NCBI GenBank assembly: GCA_039794845.1
Contig: JAUQVK010000061.1
Location: 1-12,935, forward strand
DNA length: 12,935 bases
Origin: Thermostichus sp. DRC_bins_24
Lineage (GTDB): Bacteria; Cyanobacteriota; Cyanobacteriia; Thermostichales; Thermostichaceae
Direction of reading: 5' to 3'
Below, piece after piece: positions 1 to 8,401 of the stretch. The notes beneath the pieces were generated by a model, which searched no databases, was not told the DNA's origin, and saw only the letters and a list, made by a program, of their open reading frames with translations. The position numbers were made by a program, and so were the translations under genes. Numbering within the stretch: the stretch's first letter is position 1; the number at the start of each line of letters is the position of its first letter.

Positions 1-1
1 T

Positions 2-595
2 ATGAAAGTTGAGGGTGACAAGATCGAGGGATCCCTGCAGGAGGGCACCGATGCGGAGGTGTTTCTGGCCCTGAAGGCGGGGCAGCCGCAAGCTTTGGCA
101 ATTCTCTACGACCGACATGTGGGTCTGGTGTACGGGATCGCCTACAAGATGCTGGGCAATGCTGCCGAAGCCGAGGACCTCACCCAAGATATTTTCTTAA
201 ATTTGGCCCGTTCCTCCTTTGATGCCCGCCGCGGATCCCTGCGTACCTATTTGGGCATCTGGGTTCGCTCCCGCTGTTTGGATCGGCTGCGGTCTTGGCG
301 CAATCGACAGCGCTCTCTCGAACGGGGCAAAGTGGAATTACTGGGCAGTTCCAGTGGGGATCCCTCCCTGGAGCAGCTTTCCCAAACGGAGCAGGTGAAA
401 GAAGTGCAAACGGCTTTGGCAGAGCTATCCGAAAGTCAACGACAAATTTTGAAAATGGCCTACTACGAGGGCATGAGCCAATCCGAGATTGCCAAGCAAT
501 TGGATCTGCCTCTGGGAACCGTCAAGGCCAGAGCCCGGCGAGGGTTATTGCGGCTGCGCCAAATTTTGGATCCCAAAATGGGAGGCCCCTCATGA
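2..595 (+). CDS. ECF-subfamily RNA polymerase sigma-70 factor
   Basis: 197-aa ORF with region 2 motif (AEAEDLTQDIFL...W) and region 4.2 helix-turn-helix (YYEGMSQSEIAKQLDLPLGTVKARARRGL). The ATG is at the window edge, so the true start could lie upstream. The stop overlaps the next start (ATGA 592-595). Confidence 0.93.
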   Translation: MKVEGDKIEGSLQEGTDAEVFLALKAGQPQALAILYDRHVGLVYGIAYKMLGNAAEAEDLTQDIFLNLARSSFDARRGSLRTYLGIWVRSRCLDRLRSWRNRQRSLERGKVELLGSSSGDPSLEQLSQTEQVKEVQTALAELSESQRQILKMAYYEGMSQSEIAKQLDLPLGTVKARARRGLLRLRQILDPKMGGPS

Positions 596-1356
596 GTGTA
601 GACTCCGTATCTCCCGAAGCGTTGCAACTGTGGCTGGCGGGCTACATCCTTGGGGATCTCTCCCCAGAAGAAGCCAACCATCTGGAGAACATCCTCAAGT
701 TGCACCCGGAGCTGCAGCAGGAACTGCAGGCTCTGCAACAAACTCTGGAAATGGCCTACGAGGTGGAAGAACTGCAACCCCCCCCTGCTTTGCGGGCTTC
801 TCTTTTGCAGGCGCAGGCGGAACAGACCGTCAATCCCGTCGCTCCCCTTCCCTCCTCTGCACCTGTACCCAAGGGATCCCCTCTTTGGCTGCGGGGAATA
901 GGGGCCTTGGCGGCAGGCTTGATCGTCGCTCTGGGGCTGGGGAACCTTTACCTGTGGCGCAGGCTGCAGGTGGCTCAAATTCAGGAAATCCCCACGGAGG
1001 TGCTGACCTACGAATTGCAACCGACAGCAGAAACCCTCACCGGCTCAGTCACGGTGCAGGTGGATCCGAATCGTTTGCAGGGGAGCTTAGTGGCCCGAGA
1101 TTTACCGCCTCTGCCAGAAGGTCGAGTTTATGCCCTGTGGGTAGTATTAGAACCTGGAGCCCCTTTTACCACCGATGAAGCGGGGGCAATCTTAACCGCA
1201 GCCTTTCGGGTGGATGAAGCCGGGAATCGGGAACAGCCGCTGCATCTGCCACCGGTGTTTCAATCTTTAGAATGGGTGCGGGCGGTGGCCATTACTGAAG
1301 AAGAGGATGGCCGTCCGCAAGACCATCAGGGATCCCCGCTGTGGATCGCCAGTTAA
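592..1356 (+). CDS. Membrane-anchored anti-sigma factor (RskA/anti-sigma-K-like)
   Basis: Start reassigned to ATG 592 (MSVDSVSPEALQLWLAGYILGDLSPEE). It has an anti-sigma-type N-terminus, a PPPALRASLL linker, one TM helix (GIGALAAGLIVALGLGNLYLW), and C-terminal LPPLPEGRVYALW and AVAITEE motifs typical of RskA-like domains. Coupled to the ECF sigma gene by an ATGA overlap. Confidence 0.88.
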   Translation: MSVDSVSPEALQLWLAGYILGDLSPEEANHLENILKLHPELQQELQALQQTLEMAYEVEELQPPPALRASLLQAQAEQTVNPVAPLPSSAPVPKGSPLWLRGIGALAAGLIVALGLGNLYLWRRLQVAQIQEIPTEVLTYELQPTAETLTGSVTVQVDPNRLQGSLVARDLPPLPEGRVYALWVVLEPGAPFTTDEAGAILTAAFRVDEAGNREQPLHLPPVFQSLEWVRAVAITEEEDGRPQDHQGSPLWIAS

Positions 1357-1455
1357 TGGAGACGGTTGACGCCCATTCAAGACGGGATCCCTTGCGATTA
1401 AGATAGGAGTCGCCACCCTGGCAATGCAGCAATCCGGCAACGTGGAGGCAACCCG

Positions 1456-1677
1456 ATGGGCGAAGCTAAACGCCGCAAAACCCGCGACACCCAAGATCCT
1501 GACCAAGAGTTGGTGTTTCCCAAACTCAAAGACATTCCCCTTACCAAAGGGCAAGCGCGCACGATCTACAATTGGACAACCCGTGGAGCCTGGGCAGGCA
1601 TCATTCTGCTGGCCGTTTTTTGGGTCGTGGTTCGATTCATAGGCCCGACCTTCGGCTGGTGGCATTTGGTCGGTTAA
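1456..1677 (+). CDS. DUF2839 family small membrane protein
   Basis: MGEAKRRK N-terminus and C-terminal TM segment ending RFIGPTFGWW, characteristic of this cyanobacterial family. GGAGG RBS at 1444-1448. Confidence 0.85.
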   Translation: MGEAKRRKTRDTQDPDQELVFPKLKDIPLTKGQARTIYNWTTRGAWAGIILLAVFWVVVRFIGPTFGWWHLVG

Positions 1678-1717
1678 GCCTGTCGGATCCCATTTCAGCA
1701 TCCTGTGGAGTCCCGTT

Positions 1718-2545
1718 ATGCGCCCCTATTTGGCAGCCGCCATCCAGATGACCAGCGTTCCCAACCTGGCCAGCAATTTGCAGCAGGCGGAAGAGTGGAT
1801 CGATTTTTCTGTGCGGCAGGGGTGCGAGCTGGTGACACTGCCGGAAAACTTCGCGTTTATGGGGCCAGAGGAGGAGAAAACCCGCCTTGCACAAGAGATC
1901 TCGGAGCGGGCGGAAGAATTTTTGGGCAAAATGGCCCAGCGCTACCAGGTGTTTGTCTTGGGAGGGGGGTATCCTGTACCGGATCAGCAGGGCAAAGTCT
2001 ACAACACCGCCGCCCTTTACAATCCCGATGGAAAGGAGATCGCCCGTTACCGCAAAATTCATCTGTTCGATGTCAATTTGCCCGATGGCAATACCTACCG
2101 CGAGTCCAGCACGGTGGTGAGCGGGGATGAACTGGTAACCTGTGAGCAAGAGCATCTGGGGAGCCTCGGTTTATCCGTCTGTTACGATGTCCGCTTTCCC
2201 GAGTTGTATCGCTCCTTGGTGGATCGGGGGGCCCAGATTCTGCTCATTCCAGCGGCTTTTACGGCCTACACCGGGCGAGATCACTGGCAAATTTTGCTGC
2301 AATGCCGAGCGATTGAGAATACCTGTTATGTGATCGCTCCCGCCCAAGTGGGCAACCACTACGAACGGCGACAATGCCATGGCCACGCCATGATTCTGGA
2401 TCCCTGGGGGGCGATTTTGGCGGATGCAGGCGGGGAAAAACCGGGGGCGGCGATTGCCGAAATCGATCCAGATCGCCTTCAGTCGGTACGGCGGCAAATG
2501 CCCTCCCTGCAACACCGTCGGCTGGCCTGTGCGGTTACCCACTAA
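1718..2545 (+). CDS. Carbon-nitrogen hydrolase (nitrilase superfamily, Nit1/deaminated glutathione amidase-like)
   Basis: Catalytic Glu-Lys-Cys motifs LPENF, YRKIHLFDV and SVCYDVRFPE, plus PAAFT..TG..HW, RAIEN and GHAMILDPWG. GGAG RBS upstream. Confidence 0.92.
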   Translation: MRPYLAAAIQMTSVPNLASNLQQAEEWIDFSVRQGCELVTLPENFAFMGPEEEKTRLAQEISERAEEFLGKMAQRYQVFVLGGGYPVPDQQGKVYNTAALYNPDGKEIARYRKIHLFDVNLPDGNTYRESSTVVSGDELVTCEQEHLGSLGLSVCYDVRFPELYRSLVDRGAQILLIPAAFTAYTGRDHWQILLQCRAIENTCYVIAPAQVGNHYERRQCHGHAMILDPWGAILADAGGEKPGAAIAEIDPDRLQSVRRQMPSLQHRRLACAVTH

Positions 2546-2554
2546 GGACAACCC

Positions 2555-2815
2555 ATGTCTTGGCCCCCCCTGATTCTCTACAGCAAGCCCGGCTGTCACC
2601 TTTGTGAAGGTTTGGCGGACAAGTTGCGGCAAATCCCCGAGCTCCCCTCTTTGGAAATCCGCGACATTACCTCCAACCCCAACTGGTGGGAGCGATACCA
2701 GTTGGAAGTTCCGGTGATCAGCCTGGCAGGGGATCCCGAACAGCCCCTGCCGCGTCCTTCTCCCCGGCTGACGGTAGCCCAGTTGCGCACTTGGCTGCAG
2801 AAATGTCTCCGTTAA
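2555..2815 (+). CDS. Glutaredoxin-like protein (DUF836 type)
   Basis: LYSKPGCHLC CxxC motif, RDIT...W..RY..EVPV. AAGGA RBS just after the upstream stop. Confidence 0.88.
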   Translation: MSWPPLILYSKPGCHLCEGLADKLRQIPELPSLEIRDITSNPNWWERYQLEVPVISLAGDPEQPLPRPSPRLTVAQLRTWLQKCLR

Positions 2816-2906
2816 GCTCATCCATTGTGTAACGTACTCCCGACACCGATGTAAGCCTACGGCGCGGGCTGAGATAGCACGAGCTGCATTGTGGCCACGA
2901 TGGGCG

Positions 2907-3890
2907 TTAGGGAAAGGATCCCTTGAGAATGGCCACAATGTGGATCAGAGTTTCTTGAAACGCCCCCCGTTCCGGCTGCCCTTGCTTGAGGCCATATTCC
3001 AGGTGCAGAAGCTGTTGCATCACCTTCAACAAGGTGACGGCTTTCAGGGATGCTACCTCCCTTTGCAGGAAATAAACCCGGTTGGGGTTGCCAATCTCAG
3101 CTTTTTGGGCGATGACCTTGGGATCTCGTTCTCCTTGATCCAGCAACAGCCGTACCCATAGCCATGTCCGAAACTGTCCCACCAACACCGCCAAAATTTT
3201 CAGGGCGGGCTCGTTTTGATCCAACAGATGGGTCAAGATTACCAAGGCCTGATCCAGATCCCCTTTGCGCAGGGATCCTGCCAATTGAAAACTGTTGTAG
3301 GCACTCGCAGGAACCAGGGCTTCGATCTGTTCTGGCGTAATCGGTTGCTGTTGACCGGCCGTGAATAGGGCTAATTTTTCCAGCTCCATCGCCAACCGGC
3401 GCGAGTCATTGCCCACCGCTTCCGCCAGCTTCTGGGCTGCTGCCGGGCTGAGCTTGAGCTCCCGCTGAGCAGCTTCACTGTGTACCTGCTTCAAAATCCC
3501 CTCTTCGTCCCAGGCCGCCAGTTGCGGAAACTCCCGCACGATCGCCGTTCTCTTGAGAATCTTGGTGGATTTCAGGCGTCCATCTGGCTTGCCGGTAGTG
3601 GTCAACAGCAAATGGGTTGTTGGGGGCAACTGCGCCAAGGTTCGCTCCACCTCTTCCCACAGTTCCTCTGGGCAGTGTTGGGTCAAGTGGGTGTCTTCCA
3701 ACCAAACCAAGCGGGCAGCGGCTCCCAAAGGTGGGGTCATGGCCTGATTGAGTCCGGCAACGGTGGATTCTGGGGGTAGGCGATCGTAATTAAAGGCCGC
3801 CCAATCGGGATCCAACACTTGATCCCTTAACTGTTGCACCGCCTGTAGGAGGCGATAGTGATCTTCTCCCCAGTAAAAGTAGACAGGCAC
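2907..3890 (-). CDS. holA: DNA polymerase III subunit delta
   Basis: Probable GTG start at 3890 gives MPVYFYWGED, followed by AFNY, QAMTPP, KPDGRLKSTK, LAEAVGNDSRRLAMELEKL and EPALKI..LVGQFRTWLWV, as in cyanobacterial HolA. The ORF track extends to 3923. Confidence 0.92.
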   Translation of the reverse strand: MPVYFYWGEDHYRLLQAVQQLRDQVLDPDWAAFNYDRLPPESTVAGLNQAMTPPLGAAARLVWLEDTHLTQHCPEELWEEVERTLAQLPPTTHLLLTTTGKPDGRLKSTKILKRTAIVREFPQLAAWDEEGILKQVHSEAAQRELKLSPAAAQKLAEAVGNDSRRLAMELEKLALFTAGQQQPITPEQIEALVPASAYNSFQLAGSLRKGDLDQALVILTHLLDQNEPALKILAVLVGQFRTWLWVRLLLDQGERDPKVIAQKAEIGNPNRVYFLQREVASLKAVTLLKVMQQLLHLEYGLKQGQPERGAFQETLIHIVAILKGSFP

Positions 3891-3923
3891 GTTCTTCCAG
3901 CCAGCGTGAACCGGTCTTCTCAT

Positions 3924-4517
3924 TCAATCAAACCGGCAGGGGATCCGGAACGACTCTTGCAGCTGCTCCAGGTAGTCCTGTCCCGCCATCTGAAACGCGC
4001 CGAAGCGAGCCAAGTGCGGGTTCATCAACTGAGCATCGAACAGGCGAAACCCTCGTGCCTGCAAATGCTGCACCAACTTCACCATCGCCACCTTCGAGCC
4101 GTTGGGGATACGGTAGAACATCGACTCCCCGATGAAGACTGCCCCGAGGGTGATGCCGAGGATCCCGCCCGCCAACACCTCTCCCTGCCAGGTTTCAAAG
4201 CTATGGGCAAACCCCGCCTGATGGAGCGCCGCGTAGATCTGCTTCAGCTCTGGACTAATCCAGGTCCGTGGGCGGGCCGCACACCCCTCCACCACCTCAG
4301 TAAAAGCACCATTGATCCGCACCTGAAAGCGATCGCTGCGCACCAAAGGCCGCAAAGAACGGGGGCAGTGGAACCGCTCGTCAAGGGGAATGATTGTGCG
4401 ACACTCTGTGCCATACCAATCCAGGGATCCCGTCTCTTCATCCGCCATCAGGAAGTAGCCCTGGGCATAGCCTTCCAAAATGGCGGCAACATCGATGGAG
4501 TGGCTCCCCTTTCCCAT
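3924..4517 (-). CDS. aat: Leucyl/phenylalanyl-tRNA--protein transferase
   Basis: [38 protein letters not shown] and [14 protein letters not shown] motifs. ATG 4517 chosen because it is purine-rich upstream and does not overlap the upstream gene; the ORF track starts at 4559. Confidence 0.93.
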   Translation of the reverse strand: MGKGSHSIDVAAILEGYAQGYFLMADEETGSLDWYGTECRTIIPLDERFHCPRSLRPLVRSDRFQVRINGAFTEVVEGCAARPRTWISPELKQIYAALHQAGFAHSFETWQGEVLAGGILGITLGAVFIGESMFYRIPNGSKVAMVKLVQHLQARGFRLFDAQLMNPHLARFGAFQMAGQDYLEQLQESFRIPCRFD

Positions 4518-4527
4518 CGCGCCCCGC

Positions 4528-5016
4528 TCAAGATTGCCAATCGGGGGAGAGGCTGGCAAAATCTCCCTGGTTCACCCGCGGGTGACAATCCACACAGCTG
4601 CTCACCCGCACCGGGCTGGGGAACTCCACCTGGAGATGCAAGGCCCGGAAATAACGAGAATCCGCCAGACGGTAGGGCACCTGTTCCCGCTGCATCAAGG
4701 GTCGAGAATTGGGCCGCAAATAGCCCCAGGCCAACTGCAAAGGCACACCTGTCAAGGGCTGAATCTGCTGACCATAGTGGTTGGGATCCTGCAACAGCCG
4801 TCGCCAGGTTTCGGTGGGCAACACCTGTGCGGGCAAGGCCACATGGCAACCGCCACAACTGCGGACATATTGGGCTTGCTCCAGTTGGCTTTGACTCAGA
4901 CCCTGCTGCGCCCGTACCCCCCGGCCCGGCCAGGATCCTGTTAACAGGGATCCCGCCAGAACTGCGATCAATCCCCAAACCCAAATCTGTCTGTGTCTTC
5001 CCCGTAAACGAGGCAT
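4528..5016 (-). CDS. Dihaem cytochrome c (DHC family), exported or membrane-anchored
   Basis: Two CxxCH haem-binding motifs (CGGCH, CVDCH) with the LP..TW..LL....HYG signature. From ATG 5016 there is a basic N-terminus followed by a hydrophobic stretch. Confidence 0.85.
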   Translation of the reverse strand: MPRLRGRHRQIWVWGLIAVLAGSLLTGSWPGRGVRAQQGLSQSQLEQAQYVRSCGGCHVALPAQVLPTETWRRLLQDPNHYGQQIQPLTGVPLQLAWGYLRPNSRPLMQREQVPYRLADSRYFRALHLQVEFPSPVRVSSCVDCHPRVNQGDFASLSPDWQS

Positions 5017-5125
5017 CCTCTCACACCCACTGCCACTGTCCTTCCAATGTGAACCACTCAACACCCCAAGGGCAAGTTTGCCAAACACGCTGATGCCGGC
5101 AATGGCCAGGATCTGCACGAGCTGA

Positions 5126-6106
5126 TCAACTCTGGGCAAGGGATCCCGATGCAGCCAAACCAATTTCCGTCAAGCGTTGGGTTAGGTATTCTCCGGCCGT
5201 CCAGGAAGGGAACCGCGGGATCCCGCCGGTACGGGCCACACAAGTTGGCAAAGGCGTGAGATCCGCCTCCGCCCGCGGATGCACAAAAAAGGGGATGGAA
5301 AAGCGGCGTTCGCGGTCGTTTTCGGGGTTGGTCACCCGATGGGTGGTGCTGCGCAACAGGCCATTGGTAAGGTTTTGCAGCATATCCCCGGCATCGACAA
5401 TGATCTGGCCAGGCAGAGCGGAAATGGGTAACCAGGATCCGTCGCGTTGCAGCAGTTCCAGCCCCGGCGCCGTGGCCTCACACAAGAGGGTGATCAAATT
5501 AATATCTTCGTGGGCCGCTGCTCGCAAACTCTGGGGAGGGGCCTCGGCAGGGATGGGCGGATAGTGAATCACCCGCAAGAGGTTGGCTCCCCCTCTGACA
5601 GTTTCTGGCAAATAGTCGGCAGGCTCCCCCAAATACAATGAGACCGCCTGTAACAAACCTTCCCCACAGGCTTCCAATTGGGCAAACAGCTCCACCATCA
5701 CCTGCTGAAATACAGGCACCTCCCGGGGCCAGACATTGGCAGGCAAGTTCGGATCCCCTTCTCGCCCAATGTGCCAAAACTCCTTCAGGTCGGGGTAGGG
5801 GTAATCCTTGGCGTGCTCTTTGCCGAAATGGGTGTACCCCCGCTGCCCCAAAAGAGCCGGATCTTCGTAGACTCGCTTGACCGGCTCTGGCAGGAGAAAA
5901 ACTGCCTCTGCCGCCTGATAGGCCTCATGGATCAGTTCTGGCGCTAAGCCATGGTTAATCAGGGCGAAAAAGCCAATCTGCTCCAGCGCTTCCCCCACCT
6001 GCTGCACAAACCGTTCCCGCTCAAGTGCCGTCCCTTTCTGAAAGGAGGCGAAATCGACAACAGGGATGGTCTGGCGTTGAGGAGTGGGCGACATGGTGGA
6101 GATCAT
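5126..6106 (-). CDS. 2-oxoglutarate/Fe(II)-dependent oxygenase, isopenicillin N synthase-like family
   Basis: IPVVDF, GFFALINHG, LRVIHYPP, HxD (AAHEDINLITLL), distal His (STTHRV) and RxS (RFSIPFF). The start is uncertain among 6115 (TTG), 6106 and 6094 (ATG). Confidence 0.92.
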   Translation of the reverse strand: MISTMSPTPQRQTIPVVDFASFQKGTALERERFVQQVGEALEQIGFFALINHGLAPELIHEAYQAAEAVFLLPEPVKRVYEDPALLGQRGYTHFGKEHAKDYPYPDLKEFWHIGREGDPNLPANVWPREVPVFQQVMVELFAQLEACGEGLLQAVSLYLGEPADYLPETVRGGANLLRVIHYPPIPAEAPPQSLRAAAHEDINLITLLCEATAPGLELLQRDGSWLPISALPGQIIVDAGDMLQNLTNGLLRSTTHRVTNPENDRERRFSIPFFVHPRAEADLTPLPTCVARTGGIPRFPSWTAGEYLTQRLTEIGLAASGSLAQS

Positions 6107-6368
6107 CTTGCTCAAGAAAGGGAACGCGTCTACAGGTGAAGTGCCTAACCCTCTATGCTACCCTCCATACATCGTCCGGCGTCGAGGCTTAGGCGCTGGC
6201 AGGCTGCTGATGAACATATCTACAGTATCTAGCGTCCAAAGCTCTCTATCTATGGATTCTTCACACAATATGCAGGTAAAAAATCTTGAAGGATATCCAT
6301 TCGGTTTTGTTGTATTTCTGCGCAGATTGTGCCTGAAATAACGATGAGTGCCCCTTTTGAGAGGGCTG

Positions 6369-6377
6369 TGATACAGT
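6369..6377 (+). promoter_or_regulatory. Putative extended -10 promoter element (TGaTACAGT)
   Basis: Matches TGnTAnnnT and would place a transcription start near 6384, just before the strong hairpin at 6386-6437. No properly spaced -35 seen. Confidence 0.35.
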
Positions 6378-6385
6378 CAATGGAG

Positions 6386-6437
6386 GTTACGACTGAGCCC
6401 TCTCCTGAAAGCAAAGAGAGCTCTGCTCGGTCGTGAC
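6386..6437 (+). ncRNA. Candidate structured small RNA or 5' leader hairpin
   Basis: 13-bp stem GTTACGACTGAGC (6386-6398) / GCTCGGTCGTGAC (6425-6437) with two G-U pairs that form only on the + strand, and an inner CTCTC/GAGAG stem. Confidence 0.4.
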
Positions 6438-6649
6438 AGTTTTAAGTCTCTAAACTCTAAGGTTTCTAAGGTTGTCTTCCTACTTCTGGATGGATCAACA
6501 TTCTTGTAGAGAATCTCTTCTATTTTTGTAAGTTGTTATTACATTTAGGCTTGCCGAGATTGATAAGTTTTGCGGAGAGCATCCCTATAGTTTTTTGTTT
6601 GCCTTTTGTTGTTTCTGAATCCGGTTCTCCTTTCAAGCTTCACTGCCCT

Positions 6650-7132
6650 ATGACAGACACTCGCCCTTGTGCCCCTTGTATTGTGGATGCTGGAACCTTG
6701 GTTAGCAAGCGCGATATCTACCGACTGCTGTCAGATTTGGGGCGTGTTCGCTACTTCGACATTGTCGATGGTCTGGTGCGAAAGCAGGGGGAGGGCTATG
6801 TGATGGAGGTGTTTCAGGATCCGAAGGCGGCCACGTTGGTGGTGAATCGTAGCCTTTACCTAAATCTTGACAGTTTCGACTACGTTCGACTGCAGGATCT
6901 CTCTCCGTCAGAAGCCGCCAATTCCAGCGCGGATCAGCCCGCTGTGGTGATTGATTTGGTTCAGGACAGCCGCATTTTACGTCTGGTTCCTTTGTCCGAT
7001 CCTCTGTCGGATCCTGTGCAATTGTTGGAAGATACTCAGGCACTGCGGGCAGCGGCAGTGGATGTTTTGGCTGCCGGCTGGGGGACAGAAGAGACAGAAG
7101 AGGAAGACAGCTCCTCCAACTCGCTGGACTGA
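6650..7132 (+). CDS. Conserved cyanobacterial hypothetical protein
   Basis: From ATG 6650: APCIVD.G.LV.K.D..RLL.DLGRVRY and ATLVVNRSLYLN..SFDY, which resemble a recurrent uncharacterised cyanobacterial family, with an acidic C-terminal tail. The TTG extension to 6533 lies in AT-rich non-coding-like sequence. Confidence 0.75.
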   Translation: MTDTRPCAPCIVDAGTLVSKRDIYRLLSDLGRVRYFDIVDGLVRKQGEGYVMEVFQDPKAATLVVNRSLYLNLDSFDYVRLQDLSPSEAANSSADQPAVVIDLVQDSRILRLVPLSDPLSDPVQLLEDTQALRAAAVDVLAAGWGTEETEEEDSSSNSLD

Positions 7133-7303
7133 GAGGAGATAGCCCAGAGAACAGACCCCCGAGCAGGGATGTGATGCAAATCATTGTGGTCAGGATTGTC
7201 GTAGCCGGTATGATCCGTCTGGGCGCCAGGGCATCTTTGCTGTCTTCGGCCTGGTTTTTAGCCTGGGTTTCGGATGAACATTTTTTGGAAGCTGCAGCAG
7301 TGC

Positions 7304-8281
7304 ATGGACAGATCCTGGAGCCTACGCTTGATGGGATCCCTGATGGCCATGATTTTGGTGCTGGCGCTGAAAGCCTGCGGCGGTGGTGGTGGATCCCCTC
7401 CCGTGAGCGTCATTCCCACCCCCGTCCCAACGACAGCTCCTACCCCGCCTTTGCCGCCGGTGGCCCAGTTCACCATTGACGTTCGCTTTCCAGACAACAC
7501 CCTTAGTCCCAGCCAGCAATCGATCATCCGCAGCGCCGCCCTGCGCTGGCAACAAATCATTGTGGGCGATCAACCGGATTTGCCCCCCACCAACATCCGG
7601 GCCAACGAATGCGATCAGGGCTTCCCCAGCACACCGCTGAATTTTCCGATTGATGATTTGTTGGTGGAAGTGCGGGCGAGAAACCTCAACGACGACCGAA
7701 TCTTGGGGGGAGCCTCCCCCTGCTTTGTGCGCGCCTCGAACGGGTTACCCTTTTATTCCGTCATCCTGTTCAATATCCAAAATCTGTCGGACTTGGAAGG
7801 CCGCGGCGACCTGCCCGTGACCGCCCTGCACGAATTGGGCCATGCCCTCGGCTTTCTGCCCAGCGTTTGGGAGCCTAAGGGGCTGACGGTTGGTTTGGTG
7901 GGGCGGGAGCAGCCCACCCCTCCTGGCTACGATCCTCGGTTTATTGGCCTGGGTGCCGTCAATGCCTTCAATATTCTTGGGGGCAATGCCACCTCGGTGC
8001 CTCTGGAAAATCAGTTTGGGGCGGGATCCCGAGATTCCCACTGGCGGGAGAGCGTTTTGGGCCGAGAATTGATGACCACTCGCATCGATCGGGAGGTGGC
8101 CAACCCCCTCAGCCTTATCACCGTCGGCTCGATGGCGGATCTGGGGTATGGGGTGAATCTGTCGGCAGCCGATAGCTTTAGTTTGGGGCGCGGTGGTGGG
8201 GCCTCTCAACCTTTGGAGCTAGAGGAACTGGATTGGGCGGTACCGATTCACCGGATCGACCCAGAGGGCAGGCGGGTTTAG
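7304..8281 (+). CDS. Leishmanolysin (peptidase M8)-like zinc metalloprotease, predicted lipoprotein
   Basis: Signal peptide with lipobox-like LKA-C followed by GGGGG and a Pro/Thr linker. Zinc motif HELGHALG, downstream GSRDSHW (third ligand His), ELMT Met-turn and LS.IT...MADLGY. The start may be 7274 or 7304. Confidence 0.82.
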   Translation: MDRSWSLRLMGSLMAMILVLALKACGGGGGSPPVSVIPTPVPTTAPTPPLPPVAQFTIDVRFPDNTLSPSQQSIIRSAALRWQQIIVGDQPDLPPTNIRANECDQGFPSTPLNFPIDDLLVEVRARNLNDDRILGGASPCFVRASNGLPFYSVILFNIQNLSDLEGRGDLPVTALHELGHALGFLPSVWEPKGLTVGLVGREQPTPPGYDPRFIGLGAVNAFNILGGNATSVPLENQFGAGSRDSHWRESVLGRELMTTRIDREVANPLSLITVGSMADLGYGVNLSAADSFSLGRGGGASQPLELEELDWAVPIHRIDPEGRRV

Positions 8282-8401
8282 AGCCGCTCAGCTCTGTGAA
8301 AAGAGCATATTTACTCATGGCCAAGTTGTGGGTTCTTAACAATAATGAAGGTCAAGTTGTATAACTTCACAACCTTCAACGAGCTTTCGTCACAATCAGC
8401 C

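Noticed and set aside
295..591. N-terminal extension of the anti-sigma ORF in the ORF track
   Set aside because: It overlaps the sigma factor gene by about 300 bp; the ATGA-coupled start at 592 is far more plausible.
3858..5093. 411-aa + strand ORF and the other long shadow ORFs (e.g. 2171-2938, 463-1020, 12511-12930)
   Set aside because: They are antisense or off-frame to well-supported genes, have no motifs, and are expected in GC-rich coding DNA.
6363..6370. GGGCTGTG resembling the AAGGGCTGTA motif at 11374
   Set aside because: Only about 8 nt shared (AGGGCTGT), within chance expectation for a 13-kb window.
6344..6436. 30-codon ORF (with internal ATG 6380) spanning the hairpin, a possible leader peptide
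   Set aside because: No RBS, and it starts upstream of or across the predicted promoter; no supporting composition.
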